A stretch of 64,000 nucleotides of DNA, taken from positions 18,708 to 82,707 of the forward strand of contig JBHLRZ010000014.1 of NCBI GenBank assembly GCA_048882045.1. The letters run 5' to 3'. Position 1 is the first letter of the stretch; every line of letters starts with the position of its first letter. Below, piece by piece: positions 36,514-46,291 of the stretch. A model generated the notes under the pieces. That model was not told where the DNA came from and did no database searches. It worked only from the letters and a program-made list of their open reading frames with translations. This stretch comes from Candidatus Thorarchaeota archaeon (GTDB lineage: Archaea; Asgardarchaeota; Thorarchaeia; Thorarchaeales; Thorarchaeaceae). Position numbers and translations under genes: made by a program.

Positions 36514-38970
36514 ATGCACTCAAGGATTCTGATTGTTGCTCTCTGTATAGTGTTATTCACAATACCTGTATTGTTTTCAAATTCTAGTATGATCACGCAC
36601 CTAGATAGTACACCAGAAGCCAAAGCTGTTGTAAGTCAGGCGGGTCAAATGGTTCTTTTTGATGAAGCTCATTGCGCTTATGGAAGCGCGGCATTCACGC
36701 CTGGGAATGCTTCGCTTTTTGCTTGGATTCTTGAGGAACACGGATATGACACAGATATGAACTTCGACCAACCTCTCGACTCAGGAATACTCAGTGGGGT
36801 TGACGTTCTCATCCTAGTCTTCCCAATGGTTGCATTAACTGCAAGTGAGATTACAGCTGTTGAGAATTTCGTTCAGGCGGGTGGGGGGCTTCTCCTTGTT
36901 GGTACTGATAATAATCCAGTATGGGGATTCACACCATTCAATCTCAATGCTCTTTCGCAGACATTTGGTATCACTTTCAGTACAGATGTAGCTGATTCGT
37001 GGTTGGACAAAACTACCGAATTGGATACTCATCACCTGACATATGATGTAAGTTCAATTCATTCTAACATAGACTTCAAATTGAGAGGGACTATACTCAC
37101 GGTTGAAAGTCCAGCTTCCACGATTGTTGAACACGATGGAGATCCAGTTGCTGCGGTTTCTGAATATGGAACTGGCAGAGTTGTAGGTGTTGGCTCTCTC
37201 GCGCCTTTCTTGGAGTACCGTGAAGGAACTATAATGCAGAATGAGAAGGACGACCTATTCCAATTCTCACTTAATACTGTAGACTGGTTGGCTGGTAATT
37301 CACCCAGAAAAGTTACTGTCCCAGAGATAGCTGTGATTCCGGTGGGCTCGGGACCGTCTCTCTCAACAGCAGAGGTTGAGGGATACAGAGCATATACTGG
37401 AACCATCCATGACCACACAGTTCATAGTGATGGTGCTGATACACCTGGAGATATGCTGTGGGCGGCTGTAACAAGAGGGCAGGACTACTTCATCATGACA
37501 GACCATAGCTATGAATCTCCCAATCCTCTAGGACTGGGTGGTGTGACGGGAGGATTTGCCATGAGGGCAATTGCTGAAGCCAGCGGGTTAGACATAGAGA
37601 TATTCGCTGGAGCAGAGCTTTCAAGAGGGCATCATTCATTGGCGTTTCCATTGACAGAGAACATCTACACAGATACTCAAGAAGGGATGATCGCAGGTGC
37701 TCGAGCACAAGGTGCGTTCATCTCTCTATGTCATCCAACAATTGCAGAAGGTTATCTGGTTTCTTACGAAAACTTTGAAACATTGGGTTATGACGCCCTA
37801 GAAGTGACAGATGACAGCTATTCGCACGGTCTTTGGGACGAGGGGTATACAAAGAACTTCTACGGTGGCAATGATGGACACCAGTACGAGGATGTCGGAA
37901 ATGTCCTCAATGTTGTGTTTGTCGACAATCCTACAGGACCTGATGGGAGACTCTCCGCAACGGATATCATCGATGCCATTATGAACAAGAGAATTGTGGT
38001 AATAGACAAGTATCAAGATATAATCTATGGACAGCAAGTCTGGTTGGATCGATATTTTGACCTTATGGAAACAGCAGAAACTGATATTGCAGCCGCATCC
38101 GCTTTGGTAGAATCTGCAGGTGGAAATGGAACATCTCTCGCAGAACTCTATCTGAGAGATGCACAAAGGGCATACAGTCAGGGGAGTCCCCAACGAGCAA
38201 TCTTTGCTGCTGCAAATGCAACATCTGATGAGGCTTTGAACATATCAATTGAAGTCATTGAGCCACCAGAACCCCGATACATATACCCTGAAACGAATCA
38301 CGACCTCACATTGAATGTTTCAAGTTCTATTGGCAATTCGGTTCAATTCAATATAACACCATATAGAGTAGTAGGATTTTCGTCTGGTGTGATTAACGAA
38401 GAAGTCATTATACCTGCAAGTGGTCATACAAGTTGGACAACTTCAGTTACGACACCTCTAGAGGGTTATTGTGCATTGATATTCAATCTTCATGAGTTTA
38501 ATACAACTACGAAGCTATCGCCTGTAGTTTATGGTGTAGGTGAACTTACGAATGTAGGTGTACATTATGAGATTGAAAGAGATGTGGACGGAACATATGT
38601 GACCGCACAGTTTGCAATTGTGCGAGGTAATCATCGGTTGCTCAGTGGTGCAATAGGGTTCTATAATGATGGTTCCGGTGAGCAAAACATCACTCTCGCT
38701 ATAAGAACGAACGTTATTGAGGGGACCATTGGCCCATATCTTAAGGGAACAATAATCACACTCCATGCAGTCATATACGACGTGTTTGGAGGAGTGTTCG
38801 AATCACCTGACGTTCAATATACTGTCACAACTGATCCTCTTGAACCAACAACCACAGCAACTGGCCCACCTCCAATTGTGATTGATCCATTGCTGTTGGG
38901 TGCCATTGCTGTTGGTGTTGTTGTTGTCATCGTGATAGTGGTAATGTTGATGAAAAGGAAGGGAACCTAG
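36514..38970 (+). CDS. Surface-anchored protein: GIFT/DUF4350-like domain + PHP metallophosphoesterase + beta-rich domains
   Basis: VLFDEAH domain; PHP motifs HDHTVHSDG, TDHS, GAELS, CHP, GNDGH; C-terminal IDPLLL-TM-KRK. Confidence 0.8.
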   Translation: MHSRILIVALCIVLFTIPVLFSNSSMITHLDSTPEAKAVVSQAGQMVLFDEAHCAYGSAAFTPGNASLFAWILEEHGYDTDMNFDQPLDSGILSGVDVLILVFPMVALTASEITAVENFVQAGGGLLLVGTDNNPVWGFTPFNLNALSQTFGITFSTDVADSWLDKTTELDTHHLTYDVSSIHSNIDFKLRGTILTVESPASTIVEHDGDPVAAVSEYGTGRVVGVGSLAPFLEYREGTIMQNEKDDLFQFSLNTVDWLAGNSPRKVTVPEIAVIPVGSGPSLSTAEVEGYRAYTGTIHDHTVHSDGADTPGDMLWAAVTRGQDYFIMTDHSYESPNPLGLGGVTGGFAMRAIAEASGLDIEIFAGAELSRGHHSLAFPLTENIYTDTQEGMIAGARAQGAFISLCHPTIAEGYLVSYENFETLGYDALEVTDDSYSHGLWDEGYTKNFYGGNDGHQYEDVGNVLNVVFVDNPTGPDGRLSATDIIDAIMNKRIVVIDKYQDIIYGQQVWLDRYFDLMETAETDIAAASALVESAGGNGTSLAELYLRDAQRAYSQGSPQRAIFAAANATSDEALNISIEVIEPPEPRYIYPETNHDLTLNVSSSIGNSVQFNITPYRVVGFSSGVINEEVIIPASGHTSWTTSVTTPLEGYCALIFNLHEFNTTTKLSPVVYGVGELTNVGVHYEIERDVDGTYVTAQFAIVRGNHRLLSGAIGFYNDGSGEQNITLAIRTNVIEGTIGPYLKGTIITLHAVIYDVFGGVFESPDVQYTVTTDPLEPTTTATGPPPIVIDPLLLGAIAVGVVVVIVIVVMLMKRKGT

Positions 38971-39034
38971 TACTGTGAGATGGATATCAGTTGGGCATAC
39001 CACTTAATAGCCAAAAGCTTCCTCTTAAGAATTC

Positions 39035-40945
39035 ATGAGGAAGCAATGGCTTATCATGGCACTCTTGCTAGTGCCATTAGTATCAGTAGCTGTGGTTTTT
39101 CCCAATGCCAAACCTGTAGACGCATGGGGATTGACAACCCATCAGTTCCTAGTTACGGAGGCGTCTAGTGGTATAACAAATGCTAGCTGGGCAGCAGCAT
39201 TTCAATACTACTCGCCAGAGCTCTTGTCTGGTTCTACAGCTCCCGACCAAGCTTGGCAAGACTGGGACAACCATCTCTACTATCCTGAAACAGGAGAACA
39301 TGATGCACCATATGCAGCTCAAAGATGGTTTGATTTCGCAGTTGCTAATTTCACTGCTGAAACCTGGGAAGATGGTTTCTTTGCGATAGGTGTTGCATCA
39401 CACTATATGGTGGATCCAGCAATATTGCTGCATACTGATGCTGCGGGAGATCCTGCGGTGTTTGATGGTCATTCAGCATACGAAGGTGATATCAATGCTA
39501 ACTTGGGAAGTCTTACACTTGATACTCCTGGAGAATTTGAGATTGCAAATGTGACAGATAGGGTCGTTCAACACGCTATTTTTTCACATCAGTTCCTTGA
39601 TTATGTCTTAGACGAATACCTGACAAATGAAACAGAAGCAATTGCTACAAACGCGACAATCAAAGCATTCACAGAGGATTGCTTATCCATGGCTCTGAAT
39701 AGCACACTCAGTCTATTCTATACGGCAACACTCGGACTAAATGCTCCGGATGTTACAGTCACATACGAGTACGTAGCACTTGTTGACTACGCTCATACTA
39801 ATGACTATATTGACTACAGTGGAGAGTCCCGATTGGTAGGTATCAACCAGACTCTGGGAAGAGCTGGATTTCAGATGATAAACCATGATACTGCTATCAC
39901 ATCTGGAGCACTTACTGGAGTCGACCTCTTCATAGCGACTTGTGGATTAGACGAATACACGACAGATGAGTTAACTGCGATATCCACCTGGGCGGCATCA
40001 GGCAACAAGACAATCCTTCTCACTGGAAGGGGAGACTTCTCTGAGTATGTAGACACTGCCAGACCAAATCAGATTCTCGAAGCAGTTGGGGCTCACATCC
40101 GTGTCAATGATGACAACGTCTACATGCTAGACACATACAATCTTTGGTACAATGACCTCAACTACATACCTCCATTACCAGACACAGCAGGTTTGATGAA
40201 TGGCGTGAGTACAATTACATTCTATTCGCCAACAAGTCTGTACTTCACTGATGATGGCCCGGTTCTTCCCATCCTCTATGCCAACGTAACTGGTTATCAG
40301 ACAGACCAGATACCACCAGCTCCAGTTGTGATCTATGACAACACTGATGATGGCGAGAATGGTGAACAGATACCACTGGCTGCAATAGAAGAGATTGGCA
40401 ACCTGAGGCTCCTTGTCGCAGGTACGACATTCTTCAGTGACTTCGACTATGGTAAGACTTCCATTTTTGACAATATCATTCTCCTAGAGAACTTCTTGGA
40501 ATGGGCAACGAATCGAACGATTGGCGAAGTATCTGACGTGGATGAGGTCGGACCACGGATTGGAGACGTAGGTTTCACGCCGAGTATGCCCAGCAACACA
40601 CAGGACGTGACATTCACTGCAACAGTTACCGATCCAGGTGGTGTGGACACTGTATCTCTTCAATACGAAGGTGATTCAGGTACGGTTACAGTCGACATGA
40701 CTGCATCTGGTGATGACTACTCTGGTGTGATAACAGGGCTCTCGGATGAATCAATCTTGGTGAAAATAGTAGCAACTGACACAGATGGTAACACTGCAGT
40801 AAGAGGATATTTCACAGTGACATGGGGCGGCGGTGATACAACTCCTCCTCCACCCACACCATTCGATCCAACTCTATTTCTAATGATTGGAGGAGTCGGT
40901 TTGGTCGTGGTAGTGATTGTCGTTGGTATTATGAGACGAAGATGA
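39035..40945 (+). CDS. Surface-anchored Zn-dependent phospholipase C / S1-P1 nuclease-family protein + GIFT/DUF4350-like + Ig-like domain
   Basis: Signal peptide ends at DA|WGLTTH (N-terminal Trp motif), PD, NH, SHY..D, LH, HSAYE; VDYAH domain; C-terminal FDPTLFL-TM-RRR. Confidence 0.8.
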   Translation: MRKQWLIMALLLVPLVSVAVVFPNAKPVDAWGLTTHQFLVTEASSGITNASWAAAFQYYSPELLSGSTAPDQAWQDWDNHLYYPETGEHDAPYAAQRWFDFAVANFTAETWEDGFFAIGVASHYMVDPAILLHTDAAGDPAVFDGHSAYEGDINANLGSLTLDTPGEFEIANVTDRVVQHAIFSHQFLDYVLDEYLTNETEAIATNATIKAFTEDCLSMALNSTLSLFYTATLGLNAPDVTVTYEYVALVDYAHTNDYIDYSGESRLVGINQTLGRAGFQMINHDTAITSGALTGVDLFIATCGLDEYTTDELTAISTWAASGNKTILLTGRGDFSEYVDTARPNQILEAVGAHIRVNDDNVYMLDTYNLWYNDLNYIPPLPDTAGLMNGVSTITFYSPTSLYFTDDGPVLPILYANVTGYQTDQIPPAPVVIYDNTDDGENGEQIPLAAIEEIGNLRLLVAGTTFFSDFDYGKTSIFDNIILLENFLEWATNRTIGEVSDVDEVGPRIGDVGFTPSMPSNTQDVTFTATVTDPGGVDTVSLQYEGDSGTVTVDMTASGDDYSGVITGLSDESILVKIVATDTDGNTAVRGYFTVTWGGGDTTPPPPTPFDPTLFLMIGGVGLVVVVIVVGIMRRR

Positions 40946-40951
40946 ATTTCA

Positions 40952-40996
40952 GAGTTGGTCTGATCAATGTCGGACCATCTCTCCTTCTTTTTCTTA
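40952..40996 (+). terminator. Hairpin + T-tract terminator candidate
   Basis: TGGTCTGA 40956-40963 / TCGGACCA 40970-40977 (G-U pair on +), then CTTCTTTTTCTT. Confidence 0.55.
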
Positions 40997-41134
40997 TGCT
41001 GTCGGATTGAGTGAGAAAAAACATCAGTCCTCTCGATTTCAGAATAGGGCTTTTCGAAAATCGGAGAGGCTTACCTTCATAAGCTTAGGTTGAGTACTGT
41101 TTCACGATAATAAAGAGAGAAGAGGGGTTGCAGG

Positions 41135-41779
41135 ATGTCGCACGCTTATGACTCCGGTGACCTTGAACGCGAGATAGAGATCGGTATTGTTAGCGCTTTT
41201 GGCTGGTCTGTAATCGAGTTCGAGGCGGTATTGTTTCAGAAGTTTCTAGTTATGTCAGGATCTAAATCTTTGACTACAGAAGATATGTTTCGCAACTATC
41301 TTCGAAATATGGAGGCTAAGGGATATGTGTCGCCTTTGGAATTCCATGGTCGGAGAGCATGGAAACGCCTCGTGATAGAATCTGAAATTGAAGAACCAGC
41401 CATGACACCAGAAGAGGTCAAAGAGTTCATAGCAAAGGCACAGGAAGCAAACAAGCAAGCTAGCAAGAAGAAGAAAGTGGTTGGTAAACAGAGAGTCAAC
41501 GAATTACACGTCCTTGCAGACAATATAATTCGAACCTTGGACCAAGTCATGCCAAGTCTAAAGAAACAGAAGAAGCCTTGGGAGAGGTCATTGATTGATC
41601 ACATAGAAAGAATGCACAAGGCCCTCACTGAATCCAAGGATGAGTTTCTCAAATATGTCAAGAAGAATCTACCACCCGCCTACGAACCAATGAATAAACT
41701 CCTCAATTCGAAGGGAGAAGAAATGTTCCTTCTAAGTCTTCGAGTCATAGAATCGGGACAGAGAGCCTATCCATCCTGA
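41135..41779 (+). CDS. Hypothetical protein (possible winged-helix N-terminus)
   Basis: 214-aa ORF following GAGGGG; FRNYLRNMEAKGYV pattern; no family recognised. Confidence 0.6.
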   Translation: MSHAYDSGDLEREIEIGIVSAFGWSVIEFEAVLFQKFLVMSGSKSLTTEDMFRNYLRNMEAKGYVSPLEFHGRRAWKRLVIESEIEEPAMTPEEVKEFIAKAQEANKQASKKKKVVGKQRVNELHVLADNIIRTLDQVMPSLKKQKKPWERSLIDHIERMHKALTESKDEFLKYVKKNLPPAYEPMNKLLNSKGEEMFLLSLRVIESGQRAYPS

Positions 41780-41787
41780 TGAGTCAA

Positions 41788-42702
41788 CTAGAAGTATAAA
41801 TTCCCTTTGAGAACCGTAACTGCAGTTCCCGACACTTTTACCTGATCAATCGATTCTTGGTCACCCTTAACCTCGACAAAGATTTTTCCAGGTCTTTCCA
41901 AATAATGACCTTGTTCAATAACGATGCTTGTAACTGGAAAGGGTGTATCCATAAAGCCATACTTGATGAGATAGCTCCCAAGGCTACCAGCAGCAGAACC
42001 TGACACTGGATCTTCGTAAACTCCCAATGCAGGTCCAAAATGACGAACCTGAGCATCGGACGTCGGTTCTCGTGTATCTCGTGTGAACACACTCAAAGAA
42101 ACATAGTCCGACTCTGCTTGGAGGGCTTTTAATCGGTCCCAGTTAGGTTTGATTCTGTCAAGAGACCTCTGAGTTGACACTGGTATCATCAAGTGTGGAG
42201 TACCTGTGCTGACTGTCTGGAGAGGATTTGGTGAGTGGATGTCAGCTAGAGATAGCCCGAGAGCCTCTGCATGGTCTTTCGGATCGTAGGTTTCCATGAA
42301 CTGCGGCTTTTTGTGAGTGATCTGAATCTCGTGATGTCCAGTGGCCTCATTCTTTACTATCTCTATGTCAAGCACACCTGAATTGGTTTCTAGCCTGGAA
42401 TTGGTGATGTCCTGAACAAGGTCGATATAGCCAGCTTCAACGAGTGCATGATAAGCTGCTATTGTTGGGTGTCCAGAGAAATCTATCTCGCTCTTAGGCG
42501 TCATGTAACGAAACCTGAAATCGGCGCTACGAGACTTTGAAACAAAGACGGTTTCTCTCACATTCATCTCGCGTGCTATCTTATGCATGGTCTTTTCACT
42601 GACATGATCAGCTCCTAGTACAACTGTTGCAGGGTTTCCACCAAACGGTGTGTCAGTGAATGCATCGACCTGAATAACTTCGAGTTTGTGTGTATCGTGC
42701 AA
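41788..42702 (-). CDS. PhzF-family isomerase/epimerase
   Basis: QVDAFTDTPFGGNPA, ETVF, EIDFSGHPT, STG, EDPVSGSA, EQG. Confidence 0.92.
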   Translation of the reverse strand: MHDTHKLEVIQVDAFTDTPFGGNPATVVLGADHVSEKTMHKIAREMNVRETVFVSKSRSADFRFRYMTPKSEIDFSGHPTIAAYHALVEAGYIDLVQDITNSRLETNSGVLDIEIVKNEATGHHEIQITHKKPQFMETYDPKDHAEALGLSLADIHSPNPLQTVSTGTPHLMIPVSTQRSLDRIKPNWDRLKALQAESDYVSLSVFTRDTREPTSDAQVRHFGPALGVYEDPVSGSAAGSLGSYLIKYGFMDTPFPVTSIVIEQGHYLERPGKIFVEVKGDQESIDQVKVSGTAVTVLKGNLYF

Positions 42703-42765
42703 GGGATATCAACACCATGACACTGCTCTCTCTGACTAATTAAGAGTTCCATGATATTCTGGATT

Positions 42766-43032
42766 CTACTTATTTTCCATGTGTTTTGAAAAGTTCTCTT
42801 TATGCTCAGCATGGCTCAAAACCTGTCCTGCTGGAATAACCTTTGCTGGACCGAATCTGGCTTTGGCAGGTTCATAGTGACAATCAAGTAGAGTTGCGAC
42901 CCACATATCACGACCTGACTTAGATGAGTTTACGCTTGTACCTCTTTCTCTCCGATGTGTAAGGTTCCCACTATAGACATAGAACGCCAAAGATAGGAAC
43001 AAACCGAAACCTGTCAGGTACAGAATCAACAT
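42766..43032 (-). CDS. Small hypothetical protein with N-terminal TM helix
   Basis: 88-aa ORF with hydrophobic N-terminus; TATA-like CTTAAAT about 30 bp upstream. Confidence 0.4.
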   Translation of the reverse strand: MLILYLTGFGLFLSLAFYVYSGNLTHRRERGTSVNSSKSGRDMWVATLLDCHYEPAKARFGPAKVIPAGQVLSHAEHKENFSKHMENK

Positions 43033-43152
43033 AATTGTTAACTATTGTGAATATATTCGATTTAAGGTTTCTGCTGGAACAGTTCCTTCTCTAATCATCT
43101 TAATTAGAAAGGATTCCCTTCTCAATCCTAGGAATGAGAAGGTGAGTCTGAT

Positions 43153-43806
43153 ATGTCACACCAAGAGCTTCGTGACAGATTGCGAGTGAATCTGATAGAG
43201 TTCACGAGAGATGCATTCAAGATGCTTCCAACTATGGATAATCCGTCAATCTTGGACATTGGATGTGGAACAGGAGTACATACAATTGAGCTAGCCAAGA
43301 TGTGCAATGGACATATCACCGCTATTGACATCGATATCCCCTCACTCGTTTCACTTCGAAAAAGAGTAGTGGACTTGGAACTCTCACATAGAATTTCTGT
43401 AAAACAGGCATCTATACGCGATCTCAACCGCGTCGAAGAAACCTACAACATAATTTGGGCAGAAGGTTCGATCTACGTAGTGGGCTTTGAGAATGGAATT
43501 CGAGATTGGAAAAGGCTTCTCTCAAAAGATGGTTTTCTTGTAGTGCATGATGAGGATGCAGGTCTTGAACAAAAGATACAGATCATAAAGAAACATGAGT
43601 ATCGACTACGAGGACAGATCAGGATACCTCACGAGGACTGGGAGGAGAGATATTACAAACCCCTTCTAAGTGTTCTAAGCAGGAAGAAGCTTGTTCCAGC
43701 AGAAGAAAACAAGCTAAGAAAGGAAATTGACACATTCAAGAGAACCAGAATGGGATCGGTATTCTTCATATTGCAGAACAAGTCGAAACCATTTTGGAAG
43801 AGATAG
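43153..43806 (+). CDS. Class I SAM-dependent methyltransferase
   Basis: ILDIGCGTG, ITAIDI, IIWAEGS; AGGTGAG ribosome-binding site. Confidence 0.9.
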   Translation: MSHQELRDRLRVNLIEFTRDAFKMLPTMDNPSILDIGCGTGVHTIELAKMCNGHITAIDIDIPSLVSLRKRVVDLELSHRISVKQASIRDLNRVEETYNIIWAEGSIYVVGFENGIRDWKRLLSKDGFLVVHDEDAGLEQKIQIIKKHEYRLRGQIRIPHEDWEERYYKPLLSVLSRKKLVPAEENKLRKEIDTFKRTRMGSVFFILQNKSKPFWKR

Positions 43807-43813
43807 AAGAAGG

Positions 43814-43897
43814 TGGCGAGCATATGGGAATCGTGGTAGGAGGGGGGAGTTTCGTAATTGAGGGCATGTAACGAAAAACTAGCCCACACGCTCGCCA
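43814..43897 (-). ncRNA. Unannotated structured element (15-bp outer helix + inner hairpin)
   Basis: TGGCGAGCATATGGG 43814-43828 vs CCCACACGCTCGCCA 43883-43897; both mismatches become G-U pairs on the minus strand. Confidence 0.35.
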
Positions 43898-44130
43898 TGT
43901 TTTCTAGTTTAATAGTGTTTATGCCCGAGGAGTCCTACTTAGACTGATATTAATCCATTGTTCTACCTATTAAAGTTTGTTTTGGTAATGTGTTATTTCA
44001 CAAAATTAGACGCCGGTAGACTTGAAAATAATAGACCTATTTCATATGGGGTTTTACAACCCTCTGAATCAATTAACACGGTTAATTTTTTCTTAAAGTG
44101 AGATAGTTCACTATTGATAACAACTTAGAA

Positions 44131-44171
44131 TGAAAAAGAGAGTGGAGTGCGCGCTAAAGAAAGGCACGCAC
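44131..44171 (-). terminator. Hairpin + T-tract terminator candidate of tes
   Basis: Minus strand GTGCGTGC...GCGCGCAC, then CTCTCTTTTTC. Confidence 0.5.
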
Positions 44172-44185
44172 ACATTTCTTGAAGA

Positions 44186-45832
44186 TCAATCACCAGAATA
44201 TGGTTTGGAAATACTTTCTTCTTCAACCTGGGTTGGTTTGTGACCTTTACGCCACTCCTCAATGGGTTTTGAGAACTTCTCCTCGACCCTGGACCTATGA
44301 ATGGTGTTCATGGTGCAGAAGGGAATGATTCTACCATCCGGAACGGAGTAGTTGATGTCACAGTGCTGTATACGCTCAAGGTCAAAGTTGTAGGGATCTT
44401 GGAAGTGCATCATCCCGAGCATGATGATTCGTCGCATCAGTTTAGCGAGTGACTCATAGTCCCCACGATTCAAGAAAGCTCCCAGCAGGTCCTTGATGAG
44501 CCCCTTCTTCTTTATGTGTCTGATACCTGCAGCAAGTTTGGCCTTGGCACGCTTACTTGCTCCTCTTGCTTCATCAGCATAGAGGTTGGCAATCTCCTCA
44601 AGTAGGACCAAGAACTTGTCAACATCAATCAGGTCAGTGATTGGCCTGTAGTTTCCATCATCATCAATGTAGATGAAAGTAGCCATTCCGCACGCAAAGT
44701 GTGAGCTGAGCTCAAGATCCGGACCACCCTTGATCAGACCTAGTGCACGACCAACTGGCATCATTGATGGTACAGGGTACCACTCGGTTGCAGGGATCTT
44801 GCCACCTGATTGTTCCTCTATGAGATGAATTGCATCAGGAATTGTTATTCGCATATCCTTGCGAGCTGCGTGATCGATTCGACCAGTTATGCTCACAGGC
44901 TGGAAGTTGACACATCTGACAACATCACGATTCTCAACTGCAAAATTGATTATGCCCCCGAGTTGGTCATCATTGACTCCACGGACAACGGTTGGGACCA
45001 ACACAAGTGACTCCATTCCGACTTCACGAGCATTCTGTATAGCCTGCTTCTTCAGAGGAAGAAGATTAGTTCCACGAGCTGCGAGATAAGGATCAGGAGT
45101 GACACCATCAAACTGCATATAGATGGTTGAGAGACCAGCATCGCGCAATTCCTGTAGATACTCCTTGCTTTTTCCTATTCGGATAACGTTACTTGCAATC
45201 TGAACATGCTTGAATCCAAGCTCCTTAGCCCACTTGATATACTGCGGGAGGTGCTTACTGACAGTTGGCTCACCTCCTGCGAACTGAAGTGCAGGTGCTG
45301 GAACTGGCAAATTACTTCGAAGGTTTCTCATCATCTCCAAGACCTGTTCGGGTTCTGGCTCATAGACTGTTCCACCCTCGGCTGCAACAGCAAAACAGAT
45401 TGGGCATCGAAGGTTGCATCTATTTGTAACATCGAGAAGGGCAAGTGCTGTGTGTGATTTATGCTCAGGGCACTGGCCACAGTCCTCAGGACAACCCTTC
45501 ACAGTTTCAGTTCTGGGATTATCGAGACCGATGGACTTGTACCACCACTTCTGAGCTCTTCTGAACATCTCGACATCGCCCCAGTAAACATCAATAAACT
45601 CACCGTGATCTTCGCAGGTCTTCTTGTACATGACCTTGCCATCGTCCTCATATAGAGTGGCTGTAATCACGTGTACTTTGTCGTCAGTAAGGAAACATTC
45701 AGGACATATCGACTCGGTATCGTAAGGAAGTTCCTTGACTGGGTATCTCTCGACATGATACCTGGATATTGACCCACCATCCTCATGCTTGATGGGCTCT
45801 TCGGGTATTGGTTTAACTTCATCAGTAGCCAT
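44186..45832 (-). CDS. tes: Radical SAM tetraether (GDGT) synthase, Tes/MJ0619 family
   Basis: N-terminal CPEC...CEDHG, CPEDCGQCPEH, NRCNLRCPICF, GGEPT, NFQPVS, HFACG, CDINY, IIPFC. Confidence 0.88.
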   Translation of the reverse strand: MATDEVKPIPEEPIKHEDGGSISRYHVERYPVKELPYDTESICPECFLTDDKVHVITATLYEDDGKVMYKKTCEDHGEFIDVYWGDVEMFRRAQKWWYKSIGLDNPRTETVKGCPEDCGQCPEHKSHTALALLDVTNRCNLRCPICFAVAAEGGTVYEPEPEQVLEMMRNLRSNLPVPAPALQFAGGEPTVSKHLPQYIKWAKELGFKHVQIASNVIRIGKSKEYLQELRDAGLSTIYMQFDGVTPDPYLAARGTNLLPLKKQAIQNAREVGMESLVLVPTVVRGVNDDQLGGIINFAVENRDVVRCVNFQPVSITGRIDHAARKDMRITIPDAIHLIEEQSGGKIPATEWYPVPSMMPVGRALGLIKGGPDLELSSHFACGMATFIYIDDDGNYRPITDLIDVDKFLVLLEEIANLYADEARGASKRAKAKLAAGIRHIKKKGLIKDLLGAFLNRGDYESLAKLMRRIIMLGMMHFQDPYNFDLERIQHCDINYSVPDGRIIPFCTMNTIHRSRVEEKFSKPIEEWRKGHKPTQVEEESISKPYSGD

Positions 45833-45962
45833 AATTGTTCTCTCCATGACCACATGGCATTATATAGAACCACCACTGAACAGGGTGGTATTAACGGTCA
45901 CGAGGGCAAATAATCAGAATATAAGTTATTCCACATGTCTCCGAGTATGAAGAGTGTGCTTC

Positions 45963-46277
45963 TCATTCTGAGTCTTCGTCCTCGATTAAGAGGACATACC
46001 CCTCGTTGAAGCCACCTCGAGCTAACAACTTAGTGTGTCGTTGGAGTTCCAACAATGCAGGATCAGTTTTCCTTAGTTTAATGAGTGCATCAATCGCCTC
46101 TTGGATATCAACAAGTTCTTCAGAGTCACCTGAAAAGAGGAACTCCTGAGCTTCTTCGACAATTTTCTCTCGCAGAAGAACATCTAGTTCATCTTTGCTG
46201 GCAACTCTTACTTTGGGATTTCCACCCTTCTCACGAATAATATTAGGTATCTTGTCCCGGACAAGTTTGTCCCTCAA
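45963..46277 (-). CDS. All-alpha NTP pyrophosphohydrolase (MazG-like, KLVRDKIP family)
   Basis: KLVRDKIPNII, KIVEEAQE, EELVDI.E, RGGF; TTG start follows AGGTGA. Confidence 0.85.
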   Translation of the reverse strand: MRDKLVRDKIPNIIREKGGNPKVRVASKDELDVLLREKIVEEAQEFLFSGDSEELVDIQEAIDALIKLRKTDPALLELQRHTKLLARGGFNEGYVLLIEDEDSE

Positions 46278-46291
46278 TAGTATCACCTTGA

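Noticed and set aside
43814-43897. SECIS element or selenoprotein readthrough
   Set aside because: No adjacent gene shows an in-frame TGA interrupting a conserved domain, and no clear SECIS core motif
43900-44130. Replication origin in the AT-rich gap
   Set aside because: No orc1/cdc6 nearby and no repeated ORB-like motifs recognised
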